Made by a program: the position numbers and the translations under genes
Shown: piece by piece, positions 26,998 through 40,596 of the stretch
How positions within the stretch are numbered: the first letter of the stretch is position 1
Layout of the letters: each line of letters begins with the position of its first letter
Notes under the pieces: generated by a model
Told to the model about the DNA's origin: nothing
Seen by the model: only the letters and a program-made list of their open reading frames with translations
The model's database searches: none
DNA from: Eledone cirrhosa
Taxonomy: Eukaryota
Assembly: GCA_964016885.1 (NCBI GenBank)
Contig: OZ024742.1
Span: 257,858,001-257,922,000 of the forward strand
DNA length: 64,000 nt
Direction: 5' to 3'

Positions 26998-29808
26998 TTA
27001 GCTTGGGCTGTCCGGTTGCGTCGATGCGGAGAATGTGCACCTTTTCTGGTGTCTGCACGTCATGATAATCTCCGATTTCACGTTGGCCGCATCATCCTTC
27101 AATCTGATTATCTCTATGGCCTCAGATAGGCATATACTACACTTCCTATTTCAAGCCGAATATGCATTTGCATGTTGAACGATACTCCATTTGACATCAT
27201 ACGGGGGTGCCGTTGTCTTTCAGGTCTCATATTAGGTACGCCAGCGTAGTGGAGTGTCTCTTCCTCCGGTCCTTGAAAGAGTTTGTGTGATTATACATCC
27301 TCTATGTAAAGGCTGTGGATGCTGCTCCGATGTAGGTGCGTTTGGTTTTATGCGTGTTAACCACACATTTATAAACTAGGCCCTTCATTAGGCATCTTCC
27401 CTGCAGGGGACAATTGCTCGCCCTGCAGTTGCATGTTCGGTCGTTATGTTGCTCAGTTCCAACGCTGGGCCCTTGGTCTACTATGGCACTCCCCCGTTAC
27501 TCAGGGTCTTGTTTTGTCGGTCCGGTGGTCTCCCCTCCGTCACTCATTTCGACCCGGCATTCGATTAGTGCTGCAGAAGCCGGAGTATAGTTGGAAACCA
27601 TGTCTACAAGGGGCCCTCCGAGCCCTGCGGGACCGTCATTCGCTTGCCGCTGTTGACGGTCGAGTTTCCCCAACTTCACCACGTTGATTTTGGCTATGTA
27701 GTCTGCCATGTTAGGAGCGGTGGAGAAGGAGAACTTCACCGTGTGGCGGTTGGATATCCTGTGGTACCTCCTAGATGGCGGGAAGCACTCGTCCAACGCT
27801 CGGAAGAAGAACCCTGGTACATTTCTGCATACATGCTTCGAATACGGCGCGTTAAACTATGTAATGGACTTAGACCTCCTGTTCCGTCGTGTGTGTAGTA
27901 GTGTTAATGTGTGTTAGGGCAGGTTTCCGTCCCGGGTTGTGTCTGCCCGTTATTTCGTCCTCTATGTTGTCGTTATCTATATATCTACTGTGTGCGTCGG
28001 GGTTACGGTGTTCGCTTACTGAAGTATTCCGTTCTATATTGTCGGCTCTACTGGTAGTCCCGTTAATGCCATCTGGTGCTGTTGTCGGGGCTATTTCATT
28101 GCTACAGATCCGGGTATTTCTTCTATCTAGTTTCACGCAGCCATCTGTCTATACCCTGTCCGTTGTTCTAGTGTCCGCCTAGCGTATTGTGTCCATGCCG
28201 GGATTCCGTATGCGTGTACTGCGTGGTCTGCCACCCGCTTGTTCCTTTATCTGTCTTAGAGACAGACTTGCGTCCTTCCGGTAATCTATACTGTTACTCC
28301 TATTCCTAGATGTTAGTTCGGGGTTGTACTGTCTACATATGGAAGTACTATTGCTATCCTCATATCCGGGTGTCTCCCCACTAGGCCCTTCACTGTCCGG
28401 GGTGTACACTATGGCTTCTGTGTAACCGGCGCTGCGCTGTGCCGCACTATAATAGTCGGCGTGCTGGTCAAACACGTCTGCGTTAGCCGAAAGGGTGGAT
28501 ACGCGTTTGGATACCCCCTTAACTATGGCGTCTATGAGGGACTTGGGGATGGTTTCAGTGCCTGTTCACATATTGCAGGTTCTCTTTGGGCTTATGGTAT
28601 GGTCGGTGTATGCCCACATTCAGTTTCAGAGTAACATCAAGGAAATTCACCGTCTTAGTGCTAGGATCTATCAGCACGGATAAGCCGTGTTGCTTACAAA
28701 AATGTGATATGCGCTTCCTCATACACCCTAGCTGGCTGGGGTTTAGGGAGCGGAAGATAAATAGTGCGTCGTCTCTATATATTCCTCCGCCGATCCCTGG
28801 GATATCCTCCACTAACATTTGGAGGAGATATATTCCCACCAGTCCGTCACCTGCGCAGAGTCACTCGACCCCATAGTAATATCGAAACTGTCGGGTCTGT
28901 CTCTCCTCTCCCATAATTTATTGTCGAAGCTAATTAGCGTGTTTCTCGCTGCTATTATGATGCTTGCTGCCTCTCTAGTGAGGTTGGACTTAGCCATGGT
29001 GTTCATGAGGGCCTTGTTCACGATAACTGGTGATACGGACGCGTAGTAATTCGCTATGTCCAATTGAATGAAATTTAACTGTCGGTTGCTATCTAATAGC
29101 GAGAACCAGTCAATTACATTCTTCGTGGAGGTCCATAAGCTAAGCCTAGTTTTATTTCTAAGTACCGGTAGTATCCTATCTATGATATTCTTGCTGGCCG
29201 TACCTAGGTCTGATATGGAGGGTGCTATTAACCTTACGGGGAGATTTGTCCTAAAGTCTAATGTGTGATCCTTAATTCATATCCGCGGTTTTCTGGGTAC
29301 ATAGGGTTCTGTCCTATAATCTAATTCTAGCCCTGTCATTATCTTTTTGGTCGTGGCGTTGCTGTTATCTAGGTTGTCATGTCCTGTGGTTCTATAGTTT
29401 TTTCCCAGTCGTTGTATGTAAATTGGTCAAGCATGTAGATATTACCAGTGTTGTCCGAGGGCACAAGTAAATCCGGGCATCATTTCATGCTTTTGATTGT
29501 GAAGCTGAGTTTACATTGCGTGTATTATTCCTTCGGAAATTGATGTTTCGGACGATACTGACGATACGGTTTCCAAATTCTTCCAGCATTGCGTTATGTG
29601 GTGGGTGTCGTATTGATTTAAAAATCCGTTTCAGGCGGTTGTGAGGATTATCGTGTGCGTGCTGCTGGGTCCTTCTGTCGTGGTGAAATGCGCGCCTTCT
29701 CATGGGTCTAATGAAGGAGTTGATGTGGTGGATCAATAGGCTAATTTAGGTGTTGTCATAAGTGATCGGGATGTACTTCAAAGAGGAGGAGTACTGGAAT
29801 TTATCCAT
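26998..29808 (-). pseudogene. Naiad-type RT-GIY-YIG ORF (frameshifted)
   Basis: MDKFQYSSSLKYIPI..., FDITMGSSDSAQV, GIYRDDAL, VNFLDVTL, TCNCRASNCPLQGRCL, KCSICLSE, EIIMTCRHQ; stop TAA at 26998-27000. Confidence 0.88.
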
Positions 29809-29978
29809 GGTGATTCGCTGCATGCGCTCTACTGGTAGAGAAGCGTGATATATGTCTAATGTTAGCTAAGATGATGCTATAGTCGGTATGTCGGTTGAGC
29901 AATCTATGCTCCTACGGAGCAGAGTATGATAGAATGGAAAGCGAAAAATCAGTGATGCATCGGAACTCAATTTATTGT

Positions 29979-30066
29979 GTGTTAAAATTGTTTCCCCGAC
30001 GAACAGCTTGAAGTGCGATCTGTGTGTGGGTCGACCTGATTCTGGATTCGCAGGTTCCTCGGACAC
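29979..30066 (-). ncRNA. Hammerhead variant (second pseudo-LTR copy)
   Basis: Minus strand: gtgt-CCGAGGA-...-GAAAC-AATT-TTA-acac. Core positions match the first copy. Confidence 0.62.
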
Positions 30067-30666
30067 TTCTATTGATTTCGGAGCAAATCCTCTTTCTAGG
30101 GTTTCTGACCCAACGGGTCTATATCGTCCATCTTAATCCGCTTTGCGCGTCCTTGGGTTGGTCCCAGGTTAGTGACGACATCATTATTCTGACCATTGGT
30201 AGCAGCCCACTGACCATCAGTCACGGACACCCACTGTTCCGTCGGAAAAACTACTGCTGTGCTTGGCAGCTTACACTCCCACGCACGCACACACACACAC
30301 ACATGTACAGAGATACGGACAGATACATACAGAGTAGATGTTGTGCTTACGTTCACATATGTACGCCCAGTAGCATACACACATATCCATGTATACACAC
30401 ACATAAATAGTCACACAAATATATGCATACATGCACACAGAGAGGCAGACACATACGCACACGCACATGTACACATTCACAGTTACACATACATATAATA
30501 CATACATATACACACATATATATATATACATACATACACGCATACATACACATACATACACGCATGTGTCGGGCACTTACTTACTCCTATTACCCACTCT
30601 ACTACCCTAAGTATTGAGTACTTTGGTGCGTTATGGTCCACCTGGTTCCTTACCACTTTTCCTTCG

Positions 30667-30704
<38 letters not shown>

Positions 30705-30734
30705 AGATCAAAAGATGGTTAAAAGAGTTCCATG

Positions 30735-30805
30735 TATTTTATTATGAGCATTTCAAAATCAAATATCATCGTGAGATGACATTTGCGTTTTCGTCAGATA
30801 AAATA
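30735..30805 (-). ncRNA. Type I hammerhead motif (solo pseudo-LTR remnant)
   Basis: Minus strand: stem I tattttat/ataaaata; CTGACGA; stem II caaatgtcatc/gatgatatttg; GAAA-T-GCTC-ATA. Confidence 0.82.
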
Positions 30806-30976
30806 GGTATACATGATATGAAGGTTAAAAAACACTTGTGAATAGTGGAGTTTTAAATCAACATATGATAAGTAATTTAAGATTGATGAGTGATATTGGG
30901 AAAAAAAATGAGGGGGGGGGGGTTGGAAAGGGTGAACAAGATGAGGAGATCAGAGTAAAGAATGGTGGTTATATAT

Positions 30977-31227
30977 ATAAACCGAAAAAATGAAACAAAA
31001 TTTCATTTCCCACTCTTAGTACGGCTGTTACTTAAATATAAGTATGTATACGTACATACATATATGTATACAGACGTACAGTAGTATGTATATATATATA
31101 TATATATACATATATGTATTTACTGTACGTCTGTATACATATATGTATGTACGTATACATACTTGTATTTAAGTAACATCCGTACTAAGAGTGCGAAATT
31201 AAATTTCGTTTCATTTTTTCCGTTTAT
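30977..31227. repeat. Long inverted repeat (~105-bp arms) around a TA-rich spacer
   Basis: 30977-31083 is the near-perfect reverse complement of 31121-31227. Confidence 0.9.
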
Positions 31228-31589
31228 CGTTTTCGGTGCACCCGGCCGATTAACCCACTCGATATGCAAATTAGGCTGCTCAGTCGTTAATATGCATATG
31301 GAAAGTATATACGTTCACACGTTCAATCATCTGGCAAGAAGGTATACGTTGCTGACGATAGCTAATAAGCTTGAAACTAGTACAGCGTTCCTTTGTCAGT
31401 GTTGAACAAACGAGCAACGATGGATGCTAGACACTACGGCTTAATACGGGATGTTTGTTTACAAACACACCGAGCATTATAATAAATGTTCAGTGAATCC
31501 ATACGTACATATATATATGTGTGCATGTATGTATATATATATACATAGTACTGTACGTTTGTATACATATATGTATGTACGTATACATA

Positions 31590-31658
<69 letters not shown>

Positions 31659-31691
31659 TCACACACAGACACACACGCACACACACTCATG

Positions 31692-31722
<31 letters not shown>

Positions 31723-31852
31723 ACGTGCGGACATTGGAAAATGTTCTATACAGATCACGTTATATAAGGAAAATGATGATAGAATAAGGGTTTCAAAAGC
31801 TCACCGGGTTTATCTATATAGGATATTTATAACATGTACACAGATTGGTGGT

Positions 31853-33940
31853 TAGCAAAGCCTGATTTCTCTGTATTTGATTAGTAAAACATTTGTTATT
31901 ACATTAAATTATTGTTTCTCATTAAAACTCTTGCATGCTGATTCTCGTCCACATTGGTTTGGGTCGCTCCTGTCATTGGTAAAGTAAAGGATACAACTGA
32001 TTGGTGTCGCTTGTGTGTAGAAAAATCATAATCTGTGACAATGGGCATAACTCTACTTTCCTTTGGTATAGAATATTTATGTTGCAAATGACTTCCAACC
32101 CTGTTCGAAGTTTCTGTTAAAACTTTTCTCTTTAATAATTCGACCTTGTTCTGTAGTTTCATAACTGCCAGGGTAAAATGGGAAACCATGAATTGTTGCA
32201 GCATTTTTCCTCCGCATTCACATGTTTTCTGTAATCATTGTCGGAGTGTGTCCTACATAATGTTCGTGGCAAAATAGACAGGTTATGATATAAATGACAA
32301 TACTTACTATGAAGAGGTCAATGAGTACAAATGCCATAATATCATGTAACAACATTTTGTTTTACTACACCTATAACAAACCTGGCTAACAGACAAGGAA
32401 TGTGTATCTAAATATGTTATAGGTAAAATAAGCAATCTTTGTCGACTGATTAAACTTCATAAATATAAACTAATCAATGAAGCAGGCAATATAATGAAAA
32501 CAAACTATGTAAATATACCCACACTAATTGACTTAAAAATAATACCCATCATAGCCGGCCCAAATTGTGAGAAACATCGCCTAAGTAATTTATTTGACAT
32601 CTTATTAAAACCTCTCATGAAACAAATCCGGAGTTTCATACGAGATGGCTAATACTTTCTCAATCACTTAACAAAGATGTATATATTTCATTTGATGTTG
32701 TAAACCTAAATAGTAACATCCCTCGCGACTAGATTTTGATGAAGTGAGGAATTTCCAAACACTCATTAATGATATAAATGCTGACATCCAATTATGTATG
32801 GAATTTAGCAACGAAAACCTCACTTCTCGGGTATAGTAATAACACAAATAAACACAAACTAGAACCTGATATATTTTTCAAACGCTTCGATATCCAGCAG
32901 TACCTCCTTTCCACATCAGCTCCTCCAGCACATAACGCACCAAAATTCCAATGATTCTAGCAAAGCCAATGTGCACAATAGTTTCAAACACAACGAGAGA
33001 CCACAGATTAGATGTGATGAAAGATATACTCATCTAGAGAAAATACACCCTAAAAATAATTAGCGATAGCATTCAAAAAGCCAAAAGAAATTGCTGTTCA
33101 AGGCCTCTGAGAAACAAAGCCAACAAAAAAATCATGCCAGGCGTTTAAACATTCAACCTTCAAAACAAAGACATCTTTACACACATACAACTAAACGTAC
33201 AATATTGCAATACCCCATGAACGAAAAACCTCTCACAAAATATCCTATTATTACGAATAAATGACAGACAAAATCATTAAAGATGGTAATGATTTAGGCA
33301 AGGTTTCAAACAACAGTTACATAACCTCATTCAAAAAGATGAACCGACCACATTGCGCAATATGCAACTACCTATTTGAAGGCCATGAATTTCGTTTAAA
33401 CGATGGACCCATCTTGAAAATAAGATACAACTTCTCCTGCAACATGGAAAACTTAATATATGATTAAGATCTGCTGATGTTGCCACGAGCATTACGTAGG
33501 AGAGACAGTGCTTACATTTGGACAAAGAGTGACCGTCCATAGGCCGCAAATCAGATTCTTATAAGCAAACATATAGAAGAATCTGACGGCAAAATACTGC
33601 CAAACTTTGATGTTTTCCCAGTGTATCAAGGTAGTAATGAAATCACAGAACATGGTCACATTAATAAAAAGAAAATCGTTATCAGGAAATACAAACCACT
33701 TGCAACATAATTGTTCGACAATAAATGAAGGTGGAGTCCCCCAGCCCCTTGTCAAAATTATCGTATTACTACACACAGGCGTCAATAAAAACATTAATTG
33801 CTTCACTTAATTTAGCAAGGACAGCAGCGACCCGAAACAATGTGGTCGAGAATCAGCATGCAAATATTTTAACAAACAAAATGTTCACCTAATAACAAAT
33901 GTTTTGATAATCCAATACAGAGAAATCAGGCTTTGCTAAA
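31853..33940 (+). mobile_element. Decayed Neptune-like PLE with a diverged inverted 3' copy at its 5' side
   Basis: Fragments PIIAGPNCEKHRLSNLFDILLKPL, DIQQYL, YNFSCNMENLIY and CHEHYVGET. 31853-32290 (-) resembles 33460-33940 (+). Confidence 0.72.
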
Positions 33941-35057
33941 CATCATCAATATTTGTGCATGTTATAAACATATTTACAGTTATCTACATATTTACATATA
34001 TACATATATATTTACATATATACATATTTACAGTTATCATATATATCTATGTGTGTGTGTTTGTGTGTTTGTGTTTGCGTGTTTGTGTTTGCGTGTATGT
34101 GTGTGTGTGTGGGGGGGGGGTATGAGTATGTGTGTATGTGTGTGTATGCGCGTGCGTGGGTGTGTGTCAATGTACATCATGTCTTTGTTTTTTTTCTGGC
34201 AATTGAGAGTTTAGACAAGATTAGTTCGATGAAATGAATAACTAACTGGACAGAGGGTGTGATAGAATAGACTAAATCAAGAGGAAGCACACGTACAACA
34301 AAAAAAAAAGCAGAATTTATATAAATATCATGTTCTTTCTGATTACAAATTTTGCATCTTTCATTCATGAGGAAATCCCTGATTAATCCCGCATTTGCGC
34401 CTGCGAGATGGAAGGGAAAGGATGTTTTTCGGGTTCCGACAATCAATATTCTAGCTATTTAATGAAGGCTAGTGCTGGCTGCTGTAATTAATGAGTAAAG
34501 TGGCTCATCATTCCACACACAGGAGTACGTTAAACGTAAATCCATGGAGCGTGAAAAAATGCGTGAGGAGTTTCACTCTTTGAATTAATGTTAAAAATGA
34601 AGCCGACGGATTTCTAAATATTTTCCGTCTTCGCAATTTCACTTGGAAGGCATGAAACGACCGAATACTATGGTAAATGACACATTCTCAAGAGGCTGTC
34701 CATGGAAATAAAATTAATAGCATAGAAATTGCGAGTGAATTATATTAAGCATTTATTCTCGCTGCGCCCACCAAATAGAAAATATCAGTGTGCTGTCGAA
34801 ATCGAATGGGTGTATAAGGCTAAAAAACCTGTTTCCTTGTAGTTGTTTGGATGATATACATGCGTCATGGTGAAGGAACATATAGTTTCGAATATCGATC
34901 AAATTTGTTCATAATGTTTTTCAATTTATAAGGAAATTCGTATTTTCAGTTATCTTTACATTTCTACATATACAAAAAATGAGTATATTTATATATACAT
35001 TGATGCAGTCTTGATTACCCACTCTCTCCCTCTCTATCTTCCTCTCTCTGCCCCCCC

Positions 35058-35100
<43 letters not shown>

Positions 35101-36500
35101 ATATATATATATATATATATAATTTTTTGTGAGATGTTAAATGACGCCACTGGATTAAAGCACCCAAGGACATATCCCAGGCCATATTTATTTCGGTAGT
35201 CCTAGGCGGAGTATGCATACAGTAAATAACAGAGAAGCCATATGAAGCCTTGCATAAACTTACTCAATATTTCTCTGGAGTCGATGATTACGTGATGTAA
35301 TCACCATGCAACCATTGGCCCGATTGCATAAGATAGCATTTTAGAGAAAACAACAATCAAATTCTTTAGTTTATCGATACAGGGGCCAACATTACTGTTG
35401 TTCACATCTAGTTGACTGGCCCCCCCTCTTAAAAGCTACTCTTCTCAATCACTCAATGGAAGTAAATAGCAGTCTCACACATTGCACCATATGACCTAAG
35501 TGTCATTTAATTCACAAGCCGTAAGAAGGAAGTAAAGTATTTACAAACCTCTTTGCGTTCATTCTTATGGCTTGCAAATAAAATAAATTTTAGGGGATAT
35601 GGCTTGACGAGGGACACTGGCTCTTACTTCCATGTAGTTTTTGAGAGGGGTAAAATTCACGAGGGTGAAAGCTATCTAGATGTGAGCATGCTCTATTCCA
35701 GCCTTAGTATTGCTAAACAAATCATCTTGCTTGACTTTATCTCTAAACAATCGTCTGATGAACTCGCGCCGATTGTTGCCTGGTGATTATATCACCAAAT
35801 TATCAACTACAGAGAAATATGTATAATATATCATTGAATAAATTTCTGCAGAACTTTATATAGCCTCGCTATGATTTATTATATATATATATATATATAT
35901 TGGGGGGGGGCGTGTGTGTGTTTATGTATGGGTGTCTATGTGCGCGTGCTTATGTATGTACATATATATATATATATATATTTCCATAATGAACACCCAC
36001 TTGAAATGTATGTGCAGGCACGTACACCCGAATGTAATAATGCAATTATCTTAGTACATGCCAATTGTAACGTACATGAAGATCCTATACACCTTTAGAG
36101 GAAATGGTTTGCGTTCTATAGCAGAAGACATTTAACTTGCCGATGGCAGAATCAAAATCATGTGAGAAGACTTAAAATGGCGGCACAAGCCATACAATTC
36201 AAAAACAATGAGACAAAGTGAAAGATGTCATAATATATTAAATATTCAATAGATTGATACATTGGGTATCCTGATTGCTATTTCTTTTCTGGGAATATGA
36301 ATTATTGTGAATATGTTGAAGTAAAGATTTAGTATGAATATTACGCATTTCAGACACACGCGTGGGTGCTCATGTACACTCGTAACACATGTATTCGTTA
36401 ATATATATACATATATATACATATAATTTGATATAGAAAGTAGTTTAGGGTATGACGCTACTAGCCTCAGATTGTTGGTACATGTCGGGTAGTAGTATTG

Positions 36501-36678
36501 ATGAGTAACCGAGCAGGGAGAGGTTTTAGATATTATGTGGTCATTTGCGTCTTGGTGTCAACTACTCTGGCAGCTTTTCGGCTCAGTGCATGCAGTGTTG
36601 CTGGCGGAGTTAATTATGAAATGTTTAATAATGACATTTATTTGGAATGGAGTGGCTCTCCTTATTCAATGTTTCCTG
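36501..36678 (+). CDS. Possible first coding exon of a secreted or membrane host protein (unidentified)
   Basis: MSNRAGRGFRYYVVICVLVSTTLAAFRLSACS (basic n-region plus hydrophobic core), then GGVNYEMFNNDIYLEWSGSPYSMFP, ending at a weak GT donor (CTG|gttaga). Lies in non-repetitive sequence. Confidence 0.25.
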
Positions 36679-37153
36679 GTTAGAGCTATCTGCTCCCCAT
36701 CTACATTCTATTGATGAATAGTTGGTTATTACATTTTTTAGCGAATATCGCAACTAGTAGTTTAAACTGAGCTAACTTCGCGCTTCTCTGTAAATAGAAA
36801 AAAAAACCTCCCCAGTATTTTCATGTTAACGGATATCAAAGTTTGTTAATTAATATGCAAGTTCTCGCGGGAGCAGAGTTGCCATTAGTTTAGGTCATAT
36901 TGAGTACTCTGTTCGGAATGCTTCCAACTATTAATCAACGTTAACAATTTAGCCTCTTCAATCAATGGATAAAACTTAGCAACATCGCAAGGAACTGCCT
37001 TTTCTATCTTGTTTTACACATCTCAATGACAGCTAGTGCATCAGATGAGTTTTCTACTCTCACAGCAGATATAAGTCGTGTCAACATGACACGTTGATTG
37101 CTATATTCTGTCATTTGTAACCACACATACGCGCTCACATACACATACACATG

Positions 37154-37233
<80 letters not shown>

Positions 37234-37261
37234 TATATATATATATTTATATATATATATT

Positions 37262-37376
<115 letters not shown>

Positions 37377-37759
37377 GTGTGTGTGTGTGTATGTGTGTGC
37401 GTTTATGTATGTATACCCAGCACGACGCCTATTATGAAAGCTATAAGGGGGAAGTAGCGGACGGTTTCTTGTATTATTGTAAAAACCTGGCGAAGTAATG
37501 TTGCATTGAGTTAAGACAGAGGATGGGGAGGAAAGGGGGGGGGTCGAAGAATAGCAGAGATTGATAATTGTATGTGTGACAATAAAGGCTAGATAATTTT
37601 TTGCTATGCAATCTTTAAATGGTAACAATTGCTTGTAAGTGTGTGTGTCTCTGTATCAGCATTATAACACCTTTCTCGTCTAGACTGCCATCCTCCTATC
37701 CTAATATGCCATCCGAATTAATAACTGTTTCGTCGGGGTTTGCTACCCTAGTTCTGCTC

Positions 37760-37975
37760 TAATATTTCAACCACCGCGCGTTTGCGGCCGACATGATGGA
37801 GAAAAAACTGTCCCGGAAGACGGTGATGGGACACACATGGAACAGCTACTACATTTCGCGTAGATCTCACCTGCAAGTGAGCCATCTCCGCTCCGATAGT
37901 AGTGAGCAGGGATATGGTCCGCGGTCCAAGAACGCCGGAAGTCTCCACTGTAAGAGGCTCAGTCACAAAACTATC
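37760..37975 (-). mobile_element. CRE-clade LINE 3' fragment
   Basis: EPLTVETSGVLGPRTISLLTTIGAE is homologous to 22211-22411. Confidence 0.75.
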
Positions 37976-38289
37976 AGAGTTAGATATTAATAGGAAATAA
38001 TATGAGAGATTATAAATAATGGATGGAATGCCCGGTGTGGTGGTAGTCTACAGGACTTAGTGGTGTTAGTTGTGGATGGTCTGTTCCATATTGTCTTTTA
38101 ATATTGTTCAACTTGTGTGTTTGTTTTCTTAACACCCATCGTAGTTATATCTCCATAAGAATCTTATCAAGTACATGTCTACATAGATGTTCTCTCCCTT
38201 TCACTCGCTGCCTCCGTTCCTCCCGCTCCCACCATATATCACTATTATATATAAATGGAATCCCAAGTACTGGCCGCCCCACGGTCCCG

Positions 38290-39900
38290 GAGGAAAGAAA
38301 GGAGAATGCGTTTCCCGGACGATGGTGAGGGAGAACCGTTGGAAGAGCCATTCCAGCTGGCGAAGTTCATACAGGTAGGTAGCCAACTCCGTGCCGATGG
38401 TGGTGGGTAGGGAAGATGGCTATGACGTCTGGCTTTTTGCCCTCCACACGGTTTAGATCGAGATGGGAGGGGAATCCTGCAGCATCCAAGCCATGCGTTA
38501 TGATCTTGTTGAAAACACTATGGCGAGGAAGACAGCCATCACTGTACCGACAGGACAGCGGCTGAAGGCCGCGACATTTATGTTGCTCGAGAATCGTTAT
38601 CCAGCTGCGTGCAAGTCGAAAAACGGTGTAAGGCATTGACCCAGGCACCGCCGTGGGGTTGCAAGGCTGAGCGACAATATGAGAGCTGGTGCTGGTCAGG
38701 CTGGTGCACTGGATTGCATCCCATATGCTCTTGGATAAGTTCCACAGTGGGAAGAAAAGGTAGGATGTCTAAAGTGTTGAGTCCGAGGCGTTTCCAAGTT
38801 TCGCTGGGGGATTCGCGTTCCTCGATCACATTGGATTCCATTGTGTTGTAGTAAAACCTGTTGATGGTGTCACAGCAAGTGGATATCAACGAAAGAAACG
38901 CCGTCGCAGCCAGTGAGAAGGGAAACGGGAAAACAAGGCCCCCGTTTCTGTCGAGTAGTGTAGCTCGGTGCCATCAAAATCAAACAAACCTTACGTTGCA
39001 TATCTCTTCAGCTGCCACTCGACTACAAGTGTCTCATATGTGTAGCCGTAGCAGACATCTCTACTGAATGTGCAGAGGTGCTTCGGCATGGCGAAATAAT
39101 TACTAGGCAGGAGTGGGCTGAGTGTGCGTTAATCAGGCCCATTCTGCTCGTGAGGGTCATGAGCTATGACATATAGGCCAGCGGATAGACAGAGCGCCCT
39201 TCACTGAGGGAGCCTCAAGCAGATCGTTTCAGCCTAGACAGTTTAAGGCATGCCTTATGTCAAGCTAAACACTCAGGTGCCTGGCGTGCCGTGACACCAG
39301 TTCCGGTGTACAACTGTTGAAGAACTCAGCCACTGCGGGTGCATCCCCCTCAAACGCACTGGACACGCCGACCCCTACTTGCACCGAGCTGAGCTTTTCA
39401 CCCAGTTCAGATGTGACGGACATGTAGACCAACCTAGCATCCAACTCCGGAATATTTTGCCCACAGCGATAATTCGTATGCTACTCTCATTCTTCCTGAT
39501 AGCGGTTAAGCAGACCTAATGAAGGGGCCTCGGTTGTAAGGGACAGAGAAACCTGCTTCGACTGATATGGGGATTTCACCACTTTGAGGTGGCCCAGTTG
39601 TAGATCGTCTTCACCTCCGTTGCTGCTTGCAGGGAAGGAATTAACGGCAGACACGATGTATGCTTCAGATGCCACATATTTCAATTGGTATAGGCCAAAG
39701 GTCTGCGGGCTGTCGAGAATACTTCAGCCGCAAAGTATCCATGATACCTTCGTTTATATAGGCATAAACGCTTCTTGTTAGTCTCAGGAACAGAGGTTTG
39801 AGTGCACCTGAGAATAGAGGGCTGGCGACCATCTCGTTGTTGTTGCTCATGTTGTTGTTATTGATTTTGTGGTCACTTTTGCCGTCGTTGGCTTCCACTT
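38290..39900 (-). mobile_element. Internally deleted, decayed CRE-clade LINE
   Basis: VNSFPASSNGGEDDLQLGHLK, GAWVNAL, CRYSDGCLPRHSVFNKII, GKKPDVIAIFP and LEWLFQRFSLTIVR. Confidence 0.8.
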
Positions 39901-40426
39901 CTTAATGCAGGTGATAGTCGTGACTACTACCTATTTCAGTTGTCACGCTGAATCATCAACTGTGACTGAGGCCTCAATGCCTTCGTTGATTGAAGATGCT
40001 TGGTCATTGGTTTACGCCATTTTTTAATTTAGTGAGGGGGATATGATTTTTGGATTTGAAGAGGAAAATTTGAAAATGGATAGTTGTTGATCTTATGTAA
40101 GGTTACTCTTAAATGTTTTTAAGATTGCTAAACAAATCTATCTAAGTCTTAGAGAAACTCACCAGCAGAGAAAGCGGCGTCTACCACGGGTGGAAAGTGA
40201 GAAAATATTGATGAACGAATGAAGAAAAGTATAAAATCGGTGGGGCATGGTATGGCTGTTTGCACACACGCACACATAGAAATTAGAAGATAAATTAAAA
40301 CAAAGCAAAAATATTATATTGTATACAACATGTGTATTATATATATATGCATCCTTCACATATAGTTAAATATACAACGCACATTGCATATACATACACT
40401 GGATATACAGCTCACATATAACTGTA

Positions 40427-40477
<51 letters not shown>

Positions 40478-40564
40478 CATATATCCTACATGCATATATT
40501 TCATATATACATACCATAAATATACATATGACACTCATATAGATATACATATCATATATGTATG

Positions 40565-40596
<32 letters not shown>

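Larger units (their letters stand above)
25841..30300 (-). mobile_element. Full-length decayed Naiad-type PLE with two direct pseudo-LTRs
   Basis: Repeats of ~450 bp at 25841-26297 and 29850-30300 flank the RT-GIY-YIG ORF remnant. The 3' end runs into (TA)n. Confidence 0.92.

Noticed and set aside
33465-33500. In-frame TGA near CxxC of the Neptune-like GIY-YIG (selenocysteine?)
   Set aside because: The TGA is at a non-Cys position in a heavily decayed copy, and the inverted copy has a sense codon there. The Naiad zinc-ligand positions checked are all TGT/TGC.
40172-40189. Possible 18-nt micro-exon (minus strand, ag|acgccgctttctctgctg|gtgagt)
   Set aside because: Splice-like signals alone, with no homology or supported partner exon.
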